From positions 64,001 to 128,000 of IMG/VR virus record IMGVR_UViG_2595698832_000001: a DNA stretch of 64,000 nucleotides, one strand, 5' to 3'. A model generated the notes under the pieces. The model had not been told where the DNA came from. It was given only the letters and a program-made list of their open reading frames with translations, and ran no database searches. A program made the translations under genes and the position numbers. Positions 10,991 to 22,999 of the stretch are shown piece after piece. The stretch is from a virus (taxonomy: Duplodnaviria > Caudoviricetes). Positions within the stretch are counted from its first letter, which is position 1. Each line of letters opens with the position of its first letter.

Positions 10991-12595
10991 ATGAAAGAAT
11001 TAGTAGCATCGTGGCTAGCACGCAGATTTACAGATAATGACTTTAGAAGTGTTCTCAAAAATGTCGTTCTAAAAGATGGTATAGGTAAAGGCGCCAAACG
11101 CCCAGATAATGCTACCAATTTTGTGAATACAAAAACTGGTGAATTAATAGAACCTACTAAAATTCGTGAATTTATCAAAGCTATGAATGTGGAGGTTCAA
11201 ACTCGTAATAATTTTTATAAAGGTAATACCGCTTATCAAAATGTTTCTCAAGTTACTCAAAGTGGTATTTTACAGGGTTCTGTGGTTTCAAACACACCTT
11301 ATACTGCTATGCAGGTTGTTTTAGAATCATTTGTAGGTGATGGTATTAGAAATTTTGGAACCGCAGTTCAAGCAGATTTTAATCAAGTTAAATTAAATCA
11401 AAAATCTTTATTTTTAGCACACGGTAATTATTTCGCAAGATTAGAATTTACAGCAAGTGCGATTGCTAATATTTCTGGTGGTATAAGATTAACTTATAAT
11501 CAGTCTCAACTTTGGTATGATCAAGGTAGATCAGAAGTTAATATTAATTATGATGCTTTAACAAAAATATTAGCTCTTGAAAATTTTACAGATGTAGAAA
11601 TTGGTATAGCAGATTTTAGCTCTAAAAAAATTAAATGGTTTAATAACGTTAAACTTAAAGCAAGCACATTAAAATTCACAGTTTCGCAAAATACAGAAAA
11701 TGCTAATAAAACAGTGCAAAAACGTATAGTTTCTGGGTATTTAGATTTTACAATTGATCAAACTATTGAGGATACAATATCTGAGAAATTAAGAGGTGCT
11801 TTGATCACAGCTGCTAGATTTAATAAATTCAAACAATTATTAAATAAAGCTGAAGTTGCTTGTTTATGTGATTGTAATTATTGTACTTGTGATTGTAATT
11901 ATTGTACTTGTGATTGTAATTATTGTACTTGTAATTGTAATTATTGTACTTGTGATTGTAATTATTGTACTTGTGATTGTAATTATTGTACTTGCAATAA
12001 TAATAAAGAATACACTGATAGTGTTAATTATTGGAATGGTGTTGTTTGTACTTGTAATGCGAATATTACTTGCCAAACTCAAGGTCCTGGATATACACCA
12101 GTTTATACAAACAAATATATGACTGAGTGTTCTTGTCAAGGTGATAGAAGTGTTCCGCAATACAACCAATACGGTCAAATATATGGTTATGCGTGTAGAT
12201 GTAATGCTAACTGGATTAATTCTGTTAGACAACACGCTACCGTAACTCAAGTATGTTCTTGTAACGTCGACAAGCAATGGACTAAAAATATTACAGGTAA
12301 ACCAATTTGGGATAAAAAATCTACAGGTCAAATCGATAATATTGTCAACAACAATACTTCAAATTCACAAACAAGCACTACTGTAAGAGTTTGTGTTTGC
12401 GATACAAACGTCACGATAGCCGCACAATGTGCTACAAATAGAACAATGGCTTATGTTGATGGATCAACTGGAAGTCAAGGCGGTTACAGATGTGTTTGCG
12501 ATACCAACACAAATAGACAAATTGCTTGTTCTGCTAATAGAGAATATAAATATGTCACTGACTATACTCAATTTCAAAATAAACAATACAATTAA
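10991..12595 (+). CDS. Cysteine-rich repeat protein, (CDCNYCT)6 plus dispersed CxC motifs; candidate radical-SAM substrate
   Basis: Cys-free ~290-aa N-domain, then the heptad repeat and six more CxC motifs. Own late-type promoter motif and terminator. Confidence 0.75.
   Translation: MKELVASWLARRFTDNDFRSVLKNVVLKDGIGKGAKRPDNATNFVNTKTGELIEPTKIREFIKAMNVEVQTRNNFYKGNTAYQNVSQVTQSGILQGSVVSNTPYTAMQVVLESFVGDGIRNFGTAVQADFNQVKLNQKSLFLAHGNYFARLEFTASAIANISGGIRLTYNQSQLWYDQGRSEVNINYDALTKILALENFTDVEIGIADFSSKKIKWFNNVKLKASTLKFTVSQNTENANKTVQKRIVSGYLDFTIDQTIEDTISEKLRGALITAARFNKFKQLLNKAEVACLCDCNYCTCDCNYCTCDCNYCTCNCNYCTCDCNYCTCDCNYCTCNNNKEYTDSVNYWNGVVCTCNANITCQTQGPGYTPVYTNKYMTECSCQGDRSVPQYNQYGQIYGYACRCNANWINSVRQHATVTQVCSCNVDKQWTKNITGKPIWDKKSTGQIDNIVNNNTSNSQTSTTVRVCVCDTNVTIAAQCATNRTMAYVDGSTGSQGGYRCVCDTNTNRQIACSANREYKYVTDYTQFQNKQYN
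11867..11992 (+). repeat. 21-bp coding tandem repeat x6 (TGTGATTGTAATTATTGTACT)
   Basis: Six units; the fourth has AAT instead of GAT. Confidence 0.95.
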
Positions 12596-12618
12596 AACTC
12601 AATTAACATATAATCAGC

Positions 12619-12651
12619 TTGAAGTTCTTAAAAAGAGCTTCAATGCTTTTT
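12619..12651 (+). terminator. Putative rho-independent terminator
   Basis: TTGAAGTTCT-TAAAA-AGAGCTTCAA followed by TGCTTTTT. Confidence 0.55.
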
Positions 12652-12757
12652 AAAAATTTAAGATCAAAGATTTAAAACTAAAGTTTAAATTTTAAAATAT
12701 TTTTAAGTCAAAATATATTATAATTATTTTATCAAAGCTGTATATAAAGGAGATATA

Positions 12758-13838
12758 ATGAATTATTTAGAACTTAAAAATATGGCAGAGAATTTAAAAG
12801 ATTCTAATTATAGGTCAACAAAATTAAACGATTTTAAATTCTATACTTATATATTGTCAGATTATAAAAACTTCAAAGAAAATAATACTTTTTTCATAAG
12901 AGGTTTAATGATAGATTCTAAATCTATATTAAACAAAGATACTTTAGCACCTGGTATATCGATACCAATGCCAAAATTCTTTAATATTAATGAAAATGAA
13001 GATTGGATATTACCAGATTCTACAAATCTTGAAGATTTCACTATAGTGACAAAATACGATGGTTCTTTAATGATACCTTATGAATATGATGGTATAAAAT
13101 TTAGAACTAAAATGTCTATTGACAACGATCAAACTAAATTAGCTAATAAGTATATCAAAAATAATCCAGATATATTAGATCTAATAAAAAATAATCCAGG
13201 CACCCAGTACTTTTTTGAGTTGATATCACCTTTAAATAGAATAGTGGTAGACTATAATAAAACTGAATTAAAATTAATAGCTGAATTAGATCTTAGAACA
13301 TTAGAATTTAAAATTCACGAAACTAACGAGTTTAATTTTAAAGATTTAAATATTAGGACTCTAAAAGATCTTAAAGATTATATAAACACCATATCTAATT
13401 ACGAAGGTGTCATATTACAGCATAAAGTAACTAAAAAAGTACTACAAGTTAAAAACACAAGAATATTTAGACTTACATAATACTGTAACTAATTTAGATT
13501 TAAAAGTGATATACAAAATGATATTAGAAGAAACTATAGATGATGTGTTACCAAAATTATCACCAGAAGCTGTGGCTTATGTTGATTCTGTATCTAATTC
13601 AGTAAAAGTTAAGTTAAATGAAATATTAGATTCTATAGATTCTAATTATATTAAAGCTAAAGATCTTGAAGCTCCAGCTTTATATATAAAAGATTTGAAT
13701 ATAGATCCTATAGCCAAAGATTGTTTATTTAAATTATGTAGAAATAAACTTAATTTAGACAACGTCTTAGATCAAGTTAAAAAATCTATGTTAAAATATA
13801 ACAAATTGCGAGATATTAAGGTTTTTTTAAAGCTATAA
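12758..13838 (+). CDS. rnlA: RNA ligase 1, T4 RnlA-like (frameshift ~13441)
   Basis: KFFNINE, TKYDGSL, FELISPLNRIVVDY and EGVIL motifs; helical C-domain in the next frame. Confidence 0.85.
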
Positions 13839-13991
13839 ATTATATAATATTAAAATCAAGTCTTAAATCAATCTTTAAAAGGTTTTTCTTAAATGAATTC
13901 ATTTATATATTATATTGCAGTTTACGGCGGGATAAGTGTGATTTTGAGTGTTTTTGCAGTATATATTTCTCATAAGTTTTAAAGGTATAAA

Positions 13992-14405
13992 ATGAACACA
14001 ATTAAACTAACTTGGAATGATGTTCACCAAGCTTTGCATAATCTTACAAATGAAGTAGATCTTAAAAATTTTGATTGTATAATAACTCCCAATAGAGGTG
14101 GATTAATAATAACTAGTATGTTGCAATACACCCAGGGTGTTAAATTACCTGTTTATGTAATTAATGATTCTGATGTAATCAACATTCAAAATCATAAAAA
14201 AATTTTGTTTTTAGATGATATTAATGATACAAGTAAAACAATATTTAAAATACAAAAAGTTTTTAATGGTCTCATAACATTTAAAACATTATTTGAAAGA
14301 TATAATAGTCCATTTAAAACTGAGACTATCAATATCATCTTGAATGATGCTTGGCTAATTTTTCCTTGGGATGTTGAACCAGAAGTTTTAAATCTAAGAA
14401 AGTGA
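13992..14405 (+). CDS. Type I phosphoribosyltransferase (xanthine/guanine PRT-like)
   Basis: TWND, RGG, PRPP loop LFLDDINDTSKT, C-terminal WLIFPWD. Confidence 0.85.
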   Translation: MNTIKLTWNDVHQALHNLTNEVDLKNFDCIITPNRGGLIITSMLQYTQGVKLPVYVINDSDVINIQNHKKILFLDDINDTSKTIFKIQKVFNGLITFKTLFERYNSPFKTETINIILNDAWLIFPWDVEPEVLNLRK

Positions 14406-14414
14406 GTAATTAAT

Positions 14415-14756
14415 ATGCTAGTACCAAAAATAATCAGAAATTCAAAAGTTTATAGATTTATAAAAAATATCATTAAATTCAGAAATGAATTAATAATTTG
14501 GAGACCTTATGAGCCAATATTTGATTTAAAATTGATTTATAAAATGCTTAAAATCAAAAGAGAATATTGGCTTGATGATTGTGGTGGAGCAGCTTACGAA
14601 GGTATGGAAAAAGAATTAGATACTTTAAATAGACTCTTAAATGAGTTAGACTTAGTATTTAAATATTCATATGATGGTGATGACCAAACTGCTATGATCC
14701 ATTTTGATATTTTTATGGAAATTTATAAGAAAAATGCTTTTAAATTGTGGTGTTGA
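14415..14756 (+). CDS. Hypothetical protein
   Basis: 113-aa ORF in operon context. Confidence 0.55.
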   Translation: MLVPKIIRNSKVYRFIKNIIKFRNELIIWRPYEPIFDLKLIYKMLKIKREYWLDDCGGAAYEGMEKELDTLNRLLNELDLVFKYSYDGDDQTAMIHFDIFMEIYKKNAFKLWC

Positions 14757-14844
14757 TACGAAAATGCGTGTCAGAATCTAAAATACTGAAATATTTAAGT
14801 TATATTTAATCATAAATACGATATAATATATCTAAAGGAGAATT

Positions 14845-16015
14845 ATGGAATATTTACCAAAAACTCAAGGACCTAAAAAACTTTATAATTTTGATATTAA
14901 TATGACTCAAGCGTGTACACTAAGATGTACATACTGCATTCAAGATTTTAATAAACAAAAATTTGAAAAATTATCACCAGAACTTACTAAGAAAATGATA
15001 GAAAAGTTTGATTTCTTGTTAAATTCGGTAGAATTCAATAAACATTATGATGGTATTAGAATTTCATTCTGGGGTGGAGAACCCACAACTAACCTAGAAG
15101 GTGTTAAAGAGTTTGTAGAATACTATAGACACAACCCAAAAGTTTGTTTCTTTATGTATTCAAATGGTTATAAATACAACCACGTTTTTTGATTACTTAG
15201 AAACATTTAAGTATATGCCAAATGTCGGGTCAGAACCAAAATTCTTGACTCAAATATCTTATGATGGAATGGCAAGTCACGATTCAGATAGACTTAATTT
15301 GCAAGGTAAAGGTTCAGCACAACAAGTTAAAGAAACTGTTTTTGAACTAGCAAAAAGAAATATACCTTTTATTGTTCATCCTACGATTGCAGCTAAGAAT
15401 TTCGATAAGATTGCTATTAATTATTTCGAATTTAAAAGAATGTCCGATGTCTTAGGTATTGAACTTAATTATAACCCTACGATAGATTATATGTCTAAAT
15501 ATGATTTTACAAAAGAACAATTAGAAGCATTGACAAATACTTTAAAAGAAGAATTCTTAAAAATACGTGATGCTGAAGTTGAGTTCTTTAAAAGAAAAGG
15601 ATATTTTAATTTTGGTTGGATGAATCCAAATAGAAGTATTTGTACAGCAGGTGATGGCTATTCTGGTATTGAATTGGATGGTAAAATGTATGCTTGTCAC
15701 GGTGTTTTTAGTGAAGAATATAAACCAAATAATGTTTTAAATGATATTAATTTTGAGAATGTAAAATTTACTGATACTTTAATCAAAAGCTCACAAGATC
15801 ATAGAAAAATATTAAATGAAAATATGCCTAAAGCTTGTCAAGAATGTTTTACACATTATTGTTTAAAATGCAATTCTACAAAATTTGGTATTTCTAATAA
15901 AGAAACCTACGCAGAAAGATGGACTGATTATAGTTGCCAACCTGGTTTATGTTATATGTTTAAATTCATAGGTAAATATAGAATAGCTTTGATGAAATAT
16001 ATTCAAGCTTCTTAG
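14845..16015 (+). CDS. Radical SAM/SPASM-domain protein 1 (frameshift in T6 at 15185-15190)
   Basis: CTLRCTYC, FWGGEP, SNG, ISYDG; C-terminal CTAG...YACH...CQEC...CLKC...C...C. Confidence 0.9.
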
Positions 16016-16118
16016 AATTCTAAAATAGTTCTAAATTGACACTATAGTGTTCTATTTTAGAAACTATACTGACATATACCAGAATCCAAAAATAAATATA
16101 CAAAAAGTAGGATTTATT

Positions 16119-19100
16119 TTGAGTATAATAAAATCAACTGCTAGGGGTATTAGAGGTACTTATAGAGCAGGCAAAAATGCAGTTAATAGTGTTAATTCTG
16201 CTTATAATAGTGCTGTTAGTGGTATAAACAAAGTAAATTCTGCTTTAGATCCTATGAATACAGTTAGAAGTGCTACTCAAAGACTCAATAACTGGATGGA
16301 TTCGGATTCTAAAGTATCTAAGACAACTACAAAAAAATAATGATTCAATTGTTAGTGAATTAAACAATGTAGCCAATGAAGTTGTTAGTGCAGCTAAAGC
16401 TTTAGATCCTATGAATGCTAGAAAATTAACTGAAATTTCAGAATCTCTTAAAAAATATTTCAAAACAAATCTCGGATATTAAAAAAAGGATTAATAGATA
16501 ATCAAGATACAGAAATAAGACACCAAGGTTTTGATAAAAACGTTCAAAATGTTTCAGAATCTAAAGTAAATGTACCTCAGAATAAAAGTTTTTTTGATAA
16601 ACTTTTAGGTTGGTTAGGAGGTTTATTAGGTATATCGGCAGGTGCTTTATTACCATTATTGGGATCATTAGGAAGTTTTTTAACAAAGCCTTTAGATTTC
16701 ATTTTAGATCTATTAAAAGGTGGTATTAATAAATTATGGACTTTATTTGAGCCATTATTAGGCCCTATTATAGACCCTTTAAAAAATGGATTTGAATTCT
16801 TAAAAAATAAATGGAACTCATTAGTAGATTTTATCAATAAAAAAATTAATATTGGTGATAAATGGAAAATCTCAGATAATGATAATCCAAAAAAATCCAA
16901 AATCACCAAAAGTAAGTTCATCTAATCCAGCTAAAGAACAATCTTGGATGTCTAAGAAATGGGATTCTTTTAAAGGTGCTATGCAAAATGGATATGATTG
17001 GGCTTCGCAAAAAGTAGATGATTTAAAATCATATGCTAGTAAGAAATATCAAGATATTAAAAAATTCTAAAGTAGGTAAAATTATATCTGCAGGATATGA
17101 TAAATTAAAAGCAGCACAAAAATATATTGTAGAAAAAGCTATTGAAGGATTTGATGCTGTTAAAAATATGGTAAGCTCTGCTTGGGATTCAGCAGTTAAA
17201 GCAGCACAAAAAGGCTTTAATATGCTTAAAAAGTTTGCTTTAGCTCCTATGGAGAAATTTGTTAGTTCAGTAGGTAAGAAACTATTTGGAAGTTCTAAGT
17301 TATTTTCAGTTCTACCTAGTATACTTGGAAATCTTGAAAAAATAGGAGCAAGATTAGCTGCTAGTGGTGCTAAAATAGCTTCAAAAGCTTTACCAGGTGT
17401 TGGATTTGCTGTAGGTATATACCAAGCTTGGGATTTCTTTACTCGTGGTAGATGGGTATTGGGTTCAATAGCAGCACTTAGTGCTTGTATTTCATTATTA
17501 CCAGGTATTGGTGGGATCATATCTATGTGTTTAGACTTAGGTTTATTTGCTACTGATATTATAACAAGTCCAGATGATGTAGATAATCTTAATAAAGAAC
17601 AAAATGATTTAGTAAATACAGCAAATAAAATGGTTCAAAATAATGATACTGGAGGTATTTTAGAACCAAGTCAAGTAGAAAAAGATAAAGCACAATCTGG
17701 AGTTCAAGATTCAAGTTCTAATTCAAGTTCAAGTAATAAAGGATTAAATGCTAAAGTACTTGATGGTAAATCTGCTAACGATTTTGCTGCTTCGTATACA
17801 CCACATAAAGTGGATTCTAACGGAACCGTTATAGCTGCTAAAACAGGTTCTATATATAAAGGTTTGACCTGGGTAGAATCTGAAAAATATGATGCTGAAA
17901 AGCAAGCTTATTTTAAGAAACGTGAAGAAAAAGAAGCACAATTAGATGCGCTTTTTGAACAAGGTCAAAAAGCTATGAATTCTGGAGATACTGAAACCTT
18001 TAATAAATTAGTTACACAAAGAAATAAATTATCTGATGAATTATCTAAAATGAGCTTAGATTCTATCGATTCTAAATATCAAGCTATTGGACAAGCAAGA
18101 ATTAAAAAATTAGCAAAGCCAAGGAGCTAATGCAGATTTATCGGTATTTAGAACTAATGGAGATTCAAGTACTAGTTCAGGGGGAACTGATACAAAACCA
18201 GATTCTACAAATGCTAGTGCTAGTGTAGCTTCGCAAGCTTCTGGTTCAATCTCTCCGGCGCAAGTTCAAGGAGCTCAATCCACAGAAGCCCAAGGCTCGA
18301 GTTCAGGAGGATCTCCAGGAGCAAGAGCTGCAGCAGAATTCAGTAAAAAATATAACTTAGGAACTAGAGCAACAGGCGCTTGCGCCAAGTATGTTAGATC
18401 TTATTTGATGGCAGCAGGATATCCATTATCTGGTTGGCCAGTAGCAGCTGCAGATTATATAAATTTCTTACCTAAATATGGTTTTACACCAGTTCAAGGT
18501 AGAGCTTCACAAATAAGCCCAGAAGTAGGTGACATTTCAATAACCCAGAGATTTGGAAATCACAAATATGGGCATATTGCTATTTGGAATGGTTCTAATT
18601 GGGTTTCAGATTTTAAACAAAACTCAGTTTCAATTTATAGAGACGTAAATGCTTTCGGTGGGCCGGATGCTAATATAACTATTCTAAGAGATACTTCAGG
18701 TCAAAATCCATCTCAAGAACTTGTAAATCAACAATTATCCAATATGAATAGTTCTTTTAAAGTTGCATTAGGGGGTGGAGGTGCTAAAGGTGCTGTTTAT
18801 AGTTTGGATTCTGGAGTTTCAAATGTTGTTACAAATACAGCAGGCGCTGCAGCTAGTGTTATAAGTTCTGGTGTAAGTAGTATCCAATCTTTTGCTAATG
18901 CTAATTCTATTACAACCAGAAAATCTTTAACTCAAATGTATACAGAATCTGGATTAAGTACTAGTTTTGGGTCAAGTTCAGTCCCACAAGCTGCTAGCCC
19001 AGCTGCAAATTCAACACCAAAAGAAACAAAAGCAGATATTAAGCCAGCTTCAAAACCAGTAGCGTCAACTCCAAAAGCAGTTCCTAAAGCTGCTAGCTAT

Positions 19101-19601
19101 GGTACACCACACAGAGGTCAATATGATGCAGAAACAATGGAAGACTTTAACAACTTAGGAGATAACTTTAGTAAATCCAAATCGCCAATTTCTTTACCTG
19201 GAGATTCGAAATCTAACGTTCAGACTAATAATGCTGGTTCAGTAGCACCAGTAACTCCTGTAGTTAATATAAAGAATAATTCATCTCCAAGTGATTATTC
19301 TTGGGCTTCTAAAAACAGTTTTAAAATTGCTAGAATGTTTGGTTTAGATGGCATCAGCGATTACGAAATACTTAATGAAGGTTCAGAATCTGACTTTTTA
19401 CAATCTTATGGTATGTCTAAAAGACAAGCAATTCAATCAGCAGGGTTAAACAATACAGTACAAACCAAAGTTGCTAGTAATGTTAAAACAAAAGATGTGA
19501 TACCAGCTGTCAATAAAACCCAAATAAATAATACCAATATACAGACTAAAACAAAAGAAACTTCTAATAAAGATTTGACTGATTCTTTTGTTTTGAGCTA
19601 A
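16119..19601 (+). CDS. Tape-measure/baseplate-hub-like protein with CHAP/NlpC-type peptidoglycan hydrolase domain (several frameshifts)
   Basis: Consecutive fragments of amphipathic, W-spaced, Ala/Gly-rich sequence; GACAKYVR...YGHIAIWNGSNWVSDF catalytic Cys/His; directly upstream of gp48 and gp53 homologues. Confidence 0.7.
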
Positions 19602-19628
19602 GGTTCATTAAATGCAAAGGATTAAATT

Positions 19629-20561
19629 TTGGGATTATTTGGTTCTGTCAGTAGTGTTATTTCAGGTGTTGATTTACCAAAAGCTACGAAAACTTTCTCG
19701 GCCAACAATGGCGCTGAAATTCTAAAATTTACCAAATCTTTAGAATCTGATAATTTTAAACATAAACAAATAATATTAACTGTTTATGACCCAAATGATT
19801 TCTATAAAAAAGTCAAAGATGCTATTGGTCAAAAAATGTCAAGCCTGATGACAGCAGGAACTTCAGCATTTTCTGGTGATGGGTATGATTCTTCAGATGC
19901 TAGCCAAGCTCTAAAAGATGCGGGCCAAGACATTGTAGATATGTCAGCTGTCAATATATTATATACAATACATTTACCATTAATGAATGCTTTTCAGGAA
20001 CAAAATTCCCATAATTATTCTGAAGATACTGGTATTTTAGGTTCTATGGCAAATGCTGCTAATGAATTATCAAGTACAGCTAGTTCTGGTATAATTGAAG
20101 CTTATGGTAGATTTGGAGATTTTGGTGGAAATACAGATAATATGGCATTTGCTCCGCAACTACCACAAGTAGATCCATTAAAATGGCAAAACTTTAAAGG
20201 TTCCAACTTAAGAACATTTCAATTTACTTTTAAAATATCTCCTAGAAATATAGATGAAGCTTCTAATATGATGAGAATATTTTGGTTATTAAAAAGAAGT
20301 TCATACCCTAAAAAAGAAGCTGGTGGTGTCTTATTGATACCGCCTGCAAGAATAGGTGTCCAATTTTCAAACCCACTGCTACATAAGTTGATAGCTCCTG
20401 GTATTTGTGTAATAGATGGTGTTTCTATGGTTTATGAAAACGGTGATGATATTGCTGTAACATTAGACGGAGTTCCAAAGAAAATAGAGTTTACATTATC
20501 ATTAAAAGAATTCCGTCAAAAATACCAGGATGATTGGAATTTTGAAAATGCTAGTCTATAG
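19629..20561 (+). CDS. Baseplate tail-tube cap, T4 gp48-like
   Basis: IHLPL, FKGSNLRTFQFTFKISPRN..EA, SYP, LSLKE motifs. Confidence 0.8.
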   Translation: MGLFGSVSSVISGVDLPKATKTFSANNGAEILKFTKSLESDNFKHKQIILTVYDPNDFYKKVKDAIGQKMSSLMTAGTSAFSGDGYDSSDASQALKDAGQDIVDMSAVNILYTIHLPLMNAFQEQNSHNYSEDTGILGSMANAANELSSTASSGIIEAYGRFGDFGGNTDNMAFAPQLPQVDPLKWQNFKGSNLRTFQFTFKISPRNIDEASNMMRIFWLLKRSSYPKKEAGGVLLIPPARIGVQFSNPLLHKLIAPGICVIDGVSMVYENGDDIAVTLDGVPKKIEFTLSLKEFRQKYQDDWNFENASL

Positions 20562-20569
20562 GAGTTAGA

Positions 20570-21061
20570 ATGTATATTAGTAAGCAACTTACAAATTATT
20601 TAGATAATTATTCGTTCAGTGAAGCTAATAAGACCGAAGCAGAAGTTTGTAATGTTAGAGATTACAGGTCTATGGATTATAGCACTATAACAAAATATAT
20701 TAATGATTCTAATACTATTAATGTTAAAATAAATGCAAATGATTTCATTGAAAGTGTTTCTAATAGATTGTATAATGATCCTAATTTATGGGATTTATTA
20801 ATGCTTATTAATAATAAAGATGCCTTGAGTGATATGCCTTATGATAATGATAGAATAGCAGATATGGCTGACGAATTGATAGCCAATTATTTTAATAATC
20901 CTGAGAAACCATACCAAGGTAATGTTACTGAACAATTAATAACCGAATACAGGGAATATTTGATAGATTTATTAACACAAAAGAATTATCAAAATATGAT
21001 TATAAAAGCTTTAGACCCTGCTTATTTGGGTGACTTCTTAAGACTTTTTAAGTACAAATAA
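20570..21061 (+). CDS. Baseplate wedge protein, T4 gp53-like
   Basis: ESVSNRLYNDPNLWDLLMLINN...DMP LysM-like motif. Confidence 0.75.
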   Translation: MYISKQLTNYLDNYSFSEANKTEAEVCNVRDYRSMDYSTITKYINDSNTINVKINANDFIESVSNRLYNDPNLWDLLMLINNKDALSDMPYDNDRIADMADELIANYFNNPEKPYQGNVTEQLITEYREYLIDLLTQKNYQNMIIKALDPAYLGDFLRLFKYK

Positions 21062-21067
21062 TTTAAT

Positions 21068-21933
21068 AAGCCAAGCATTTTTTATACTTTTTAATATTAG
21101 TTTAAGCTTTGCTTTAAGTTTTAAGCATATGCTAGGATATATAGCATTGTTATATACTATTAAAAAAGCCAAGCATTTTTTATACTTTTTAATATTAGTT
21201 TAAGCTTTGCTTTAAGTTTTAAGCATATACTAGGATATAATACTATAGTATACACTACTAAAAAGCCAAGCATTTTTTATACTTTTTAATATTGCTTTAA
21301 GATTTGTTTTGTATTTTAATGTGAGATTCCAAGTCCTTGAAAATTTTTTAAAAAAATTTTTACTCTTTAATATGATATATTATAATATAAAGCTTTTTAA
21401 AAAAGTTTTTTCGGGTTTTTAAAACCAAAATTTTAGTTTAGATTTTAAAACTTAAAGCAATATTAAAAAGTATAAAAAATGCTTGGCTTTTTAGTAGTGT
21501 ATAACAATGCTATATATCCTATCATATGCTTAAAACTTAAAGCAATATTAAAAAGTATAAAAAATGCTTGGCTTTTTAGTAGTGTATAACAATGCTATAT
21601 ATCCTATCATATGCTTAAAACTTAAAGCAATATTAAAAAGTATAAAAAATGCTTGGCTTTTTAGTAGTGTATAACAATGCTATATATCCTATCATATGCT
21701 TAAAACTTAAAGCAATATTAAAAAGTATAAAAAATGCTTGGCTTTTTAGTAGTGTATAACAATGCTATATATCCTATCATATGCTTAAAACTTAAAGCAA
21801 TATTAAAAAGTATAAAAAATGCTTGGCTTTTTAGTAGTGTATAACAATGCTATATATCCTATCATATGCTTAAAACTTAAAGCAATATTAAAAAGTATAA
21901 AAAATGCTTGGCTTTTTAGTAGTGTATAACAAT
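21068..21933. repeat. Intergenic inverted tandem-repeat array (3 units of ~97-98 bp facing ~5.7 units of 85 bp)
   Basis: GCCAAGC cores at 21070, 21168, 21265; reverse-complement GCTTGGC cores at 21481, 21566, 21651, 21736, 21821, 21906; AT-rich spacer ~21300-21445. Confidence 0.95.
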
Positions 21934-22029
21934 GACTACATTTCAGTTAAAATTCAGTTATATTTTAATATAATACCGTAAGTATAAAAAAATAAATACT
22001 TGAATATAATATAACAAGCAAGGAAATAT

Positions 22030-22533
22030 ATGACTAGTAATAGCTATTCGCAATCTAGTAATTATAAAATATTTTTACCTTTTCTAGGCGATGAATGGAT
22101 ATATGCTCAAAATATAGCATTACCGGGGTTTAGTCTGAACCCAAGTCAAGCCAACTTCGGCGGTAAAACTATTTATGTTGGTGGTGACCACATAGACTAT
22201 GACCCAGTAACTGTAGGTTTCCTTGTGGGAGAAGATTTCAAAATATATACAAAATTAATCAAATATATTTTCGATAGAGTTCACCCAAATAATGGTAATA
22301 TCGAACCATTAAAAGAATTTACTTGTGGTGTGGAAATAACCGACAATAAAGGAGAATCGTTGGTCAGTATGACTATGTATGGTTGTAAAATCACAAACTT
22401 AGGTGCTTTACAACTAATATCGAATGCTGATGATGCTGAACAAACTTTTGATCTTACCTTTAATTTCGATAATTTCGAATTGATCGATTATTTTGAATCT
22501 ATTAAATTAAAAGAAGCTGTTATAAAATCATAA
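22030..22533 (+). CDS. Tail completion protein, T4 gp3-like
   Basis: ALPGFSL...GDHIDYDPVTVGFLVGEDFKIY pattern. Confidence 0.7.
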   Translation: MTSNSYSQSSNYKIFLPFLGDEWIYAQNIALPGFSLNPSQANFGGKTIYVGGDHIDYDPVTVGFLVGEDFKIYTKLIKYIFDRVHPNNGNIEPLKEFTCGVEITDNKGESLVSMTMYGCKITNLGALQLISNADDAEQTFDLTFNFDNFELIDYFESIKLKEAVIKS

Positions 22534-22542
22534 AGGGTTCTA

Positions 22543-22962
22543 ATGGAACAAGTAATAGAAGCAGAAATCGTTGAGTTCGATTCTGAGAAAGCTAAAATTA
22601 ATAAAGCTCAATTAAATCCAGATGAAATAATTCAATTGGATTTAGTAGTAGACGATTATAATAAATTAAGACAAATTATTTTAGCTAATGTAGCACAATT
22701 AAAAGTTATGAGTGACAACCTAGTTCAAGAAATGGAAATTGAAGGATATAACCCAGACTTAGTAACTGCTTATAGTAAACTAATTGAAACTTCAAACAAG
22801 TCTTTAAAAATTCTAACGGATTCTTATAAAGGGATATCTGATATTTTAATTAATATTAATAAAATTAATGCATTGCACCCAAGTACAGAAGTTAAAGAAG
22901 ATTTTGAAGTTATTTCAACTGCAGATGTTATTAAAAGAATCCGAGATTCAAAACAGGATTAA
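22543..22962 (+). CDS. Probable terminase small subunit, gp16-like
   Basis: DDYNKLRQ...AYSKLI...STADVI helical pattern and size match T4-type gp16. Confidence 0.55.
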   Translation: MEQVIEAEIVEFDSEKAKINKAQLNPDEIIQLDLVVDDYNKLRQIILANVAQLKVMSDNLVQEMEIEGYNPDLVTAYSKLIETSNKSLKILTDSYKGISDILININKINALHPSTEVKEDFEVISTADVIKRIRDSKQD

Positions 22963-22999
22963 ATATTGAAAACAAAGTATTTCAGATAGGACAAATCAA

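Noticed and set aside
11856-12331. ORFs 11856-12122 (+, VIVII repeats) and 11864-12331 (-, TIIT repeats)
   Set aside because: Alternate-frame shadows of the 21-bp Cys repeat, with no RBS
21068-21933. Possible CRISPR array
   Set aside because: The 85-bp units are identical end to end with no unique spacers, and there are no cas genes
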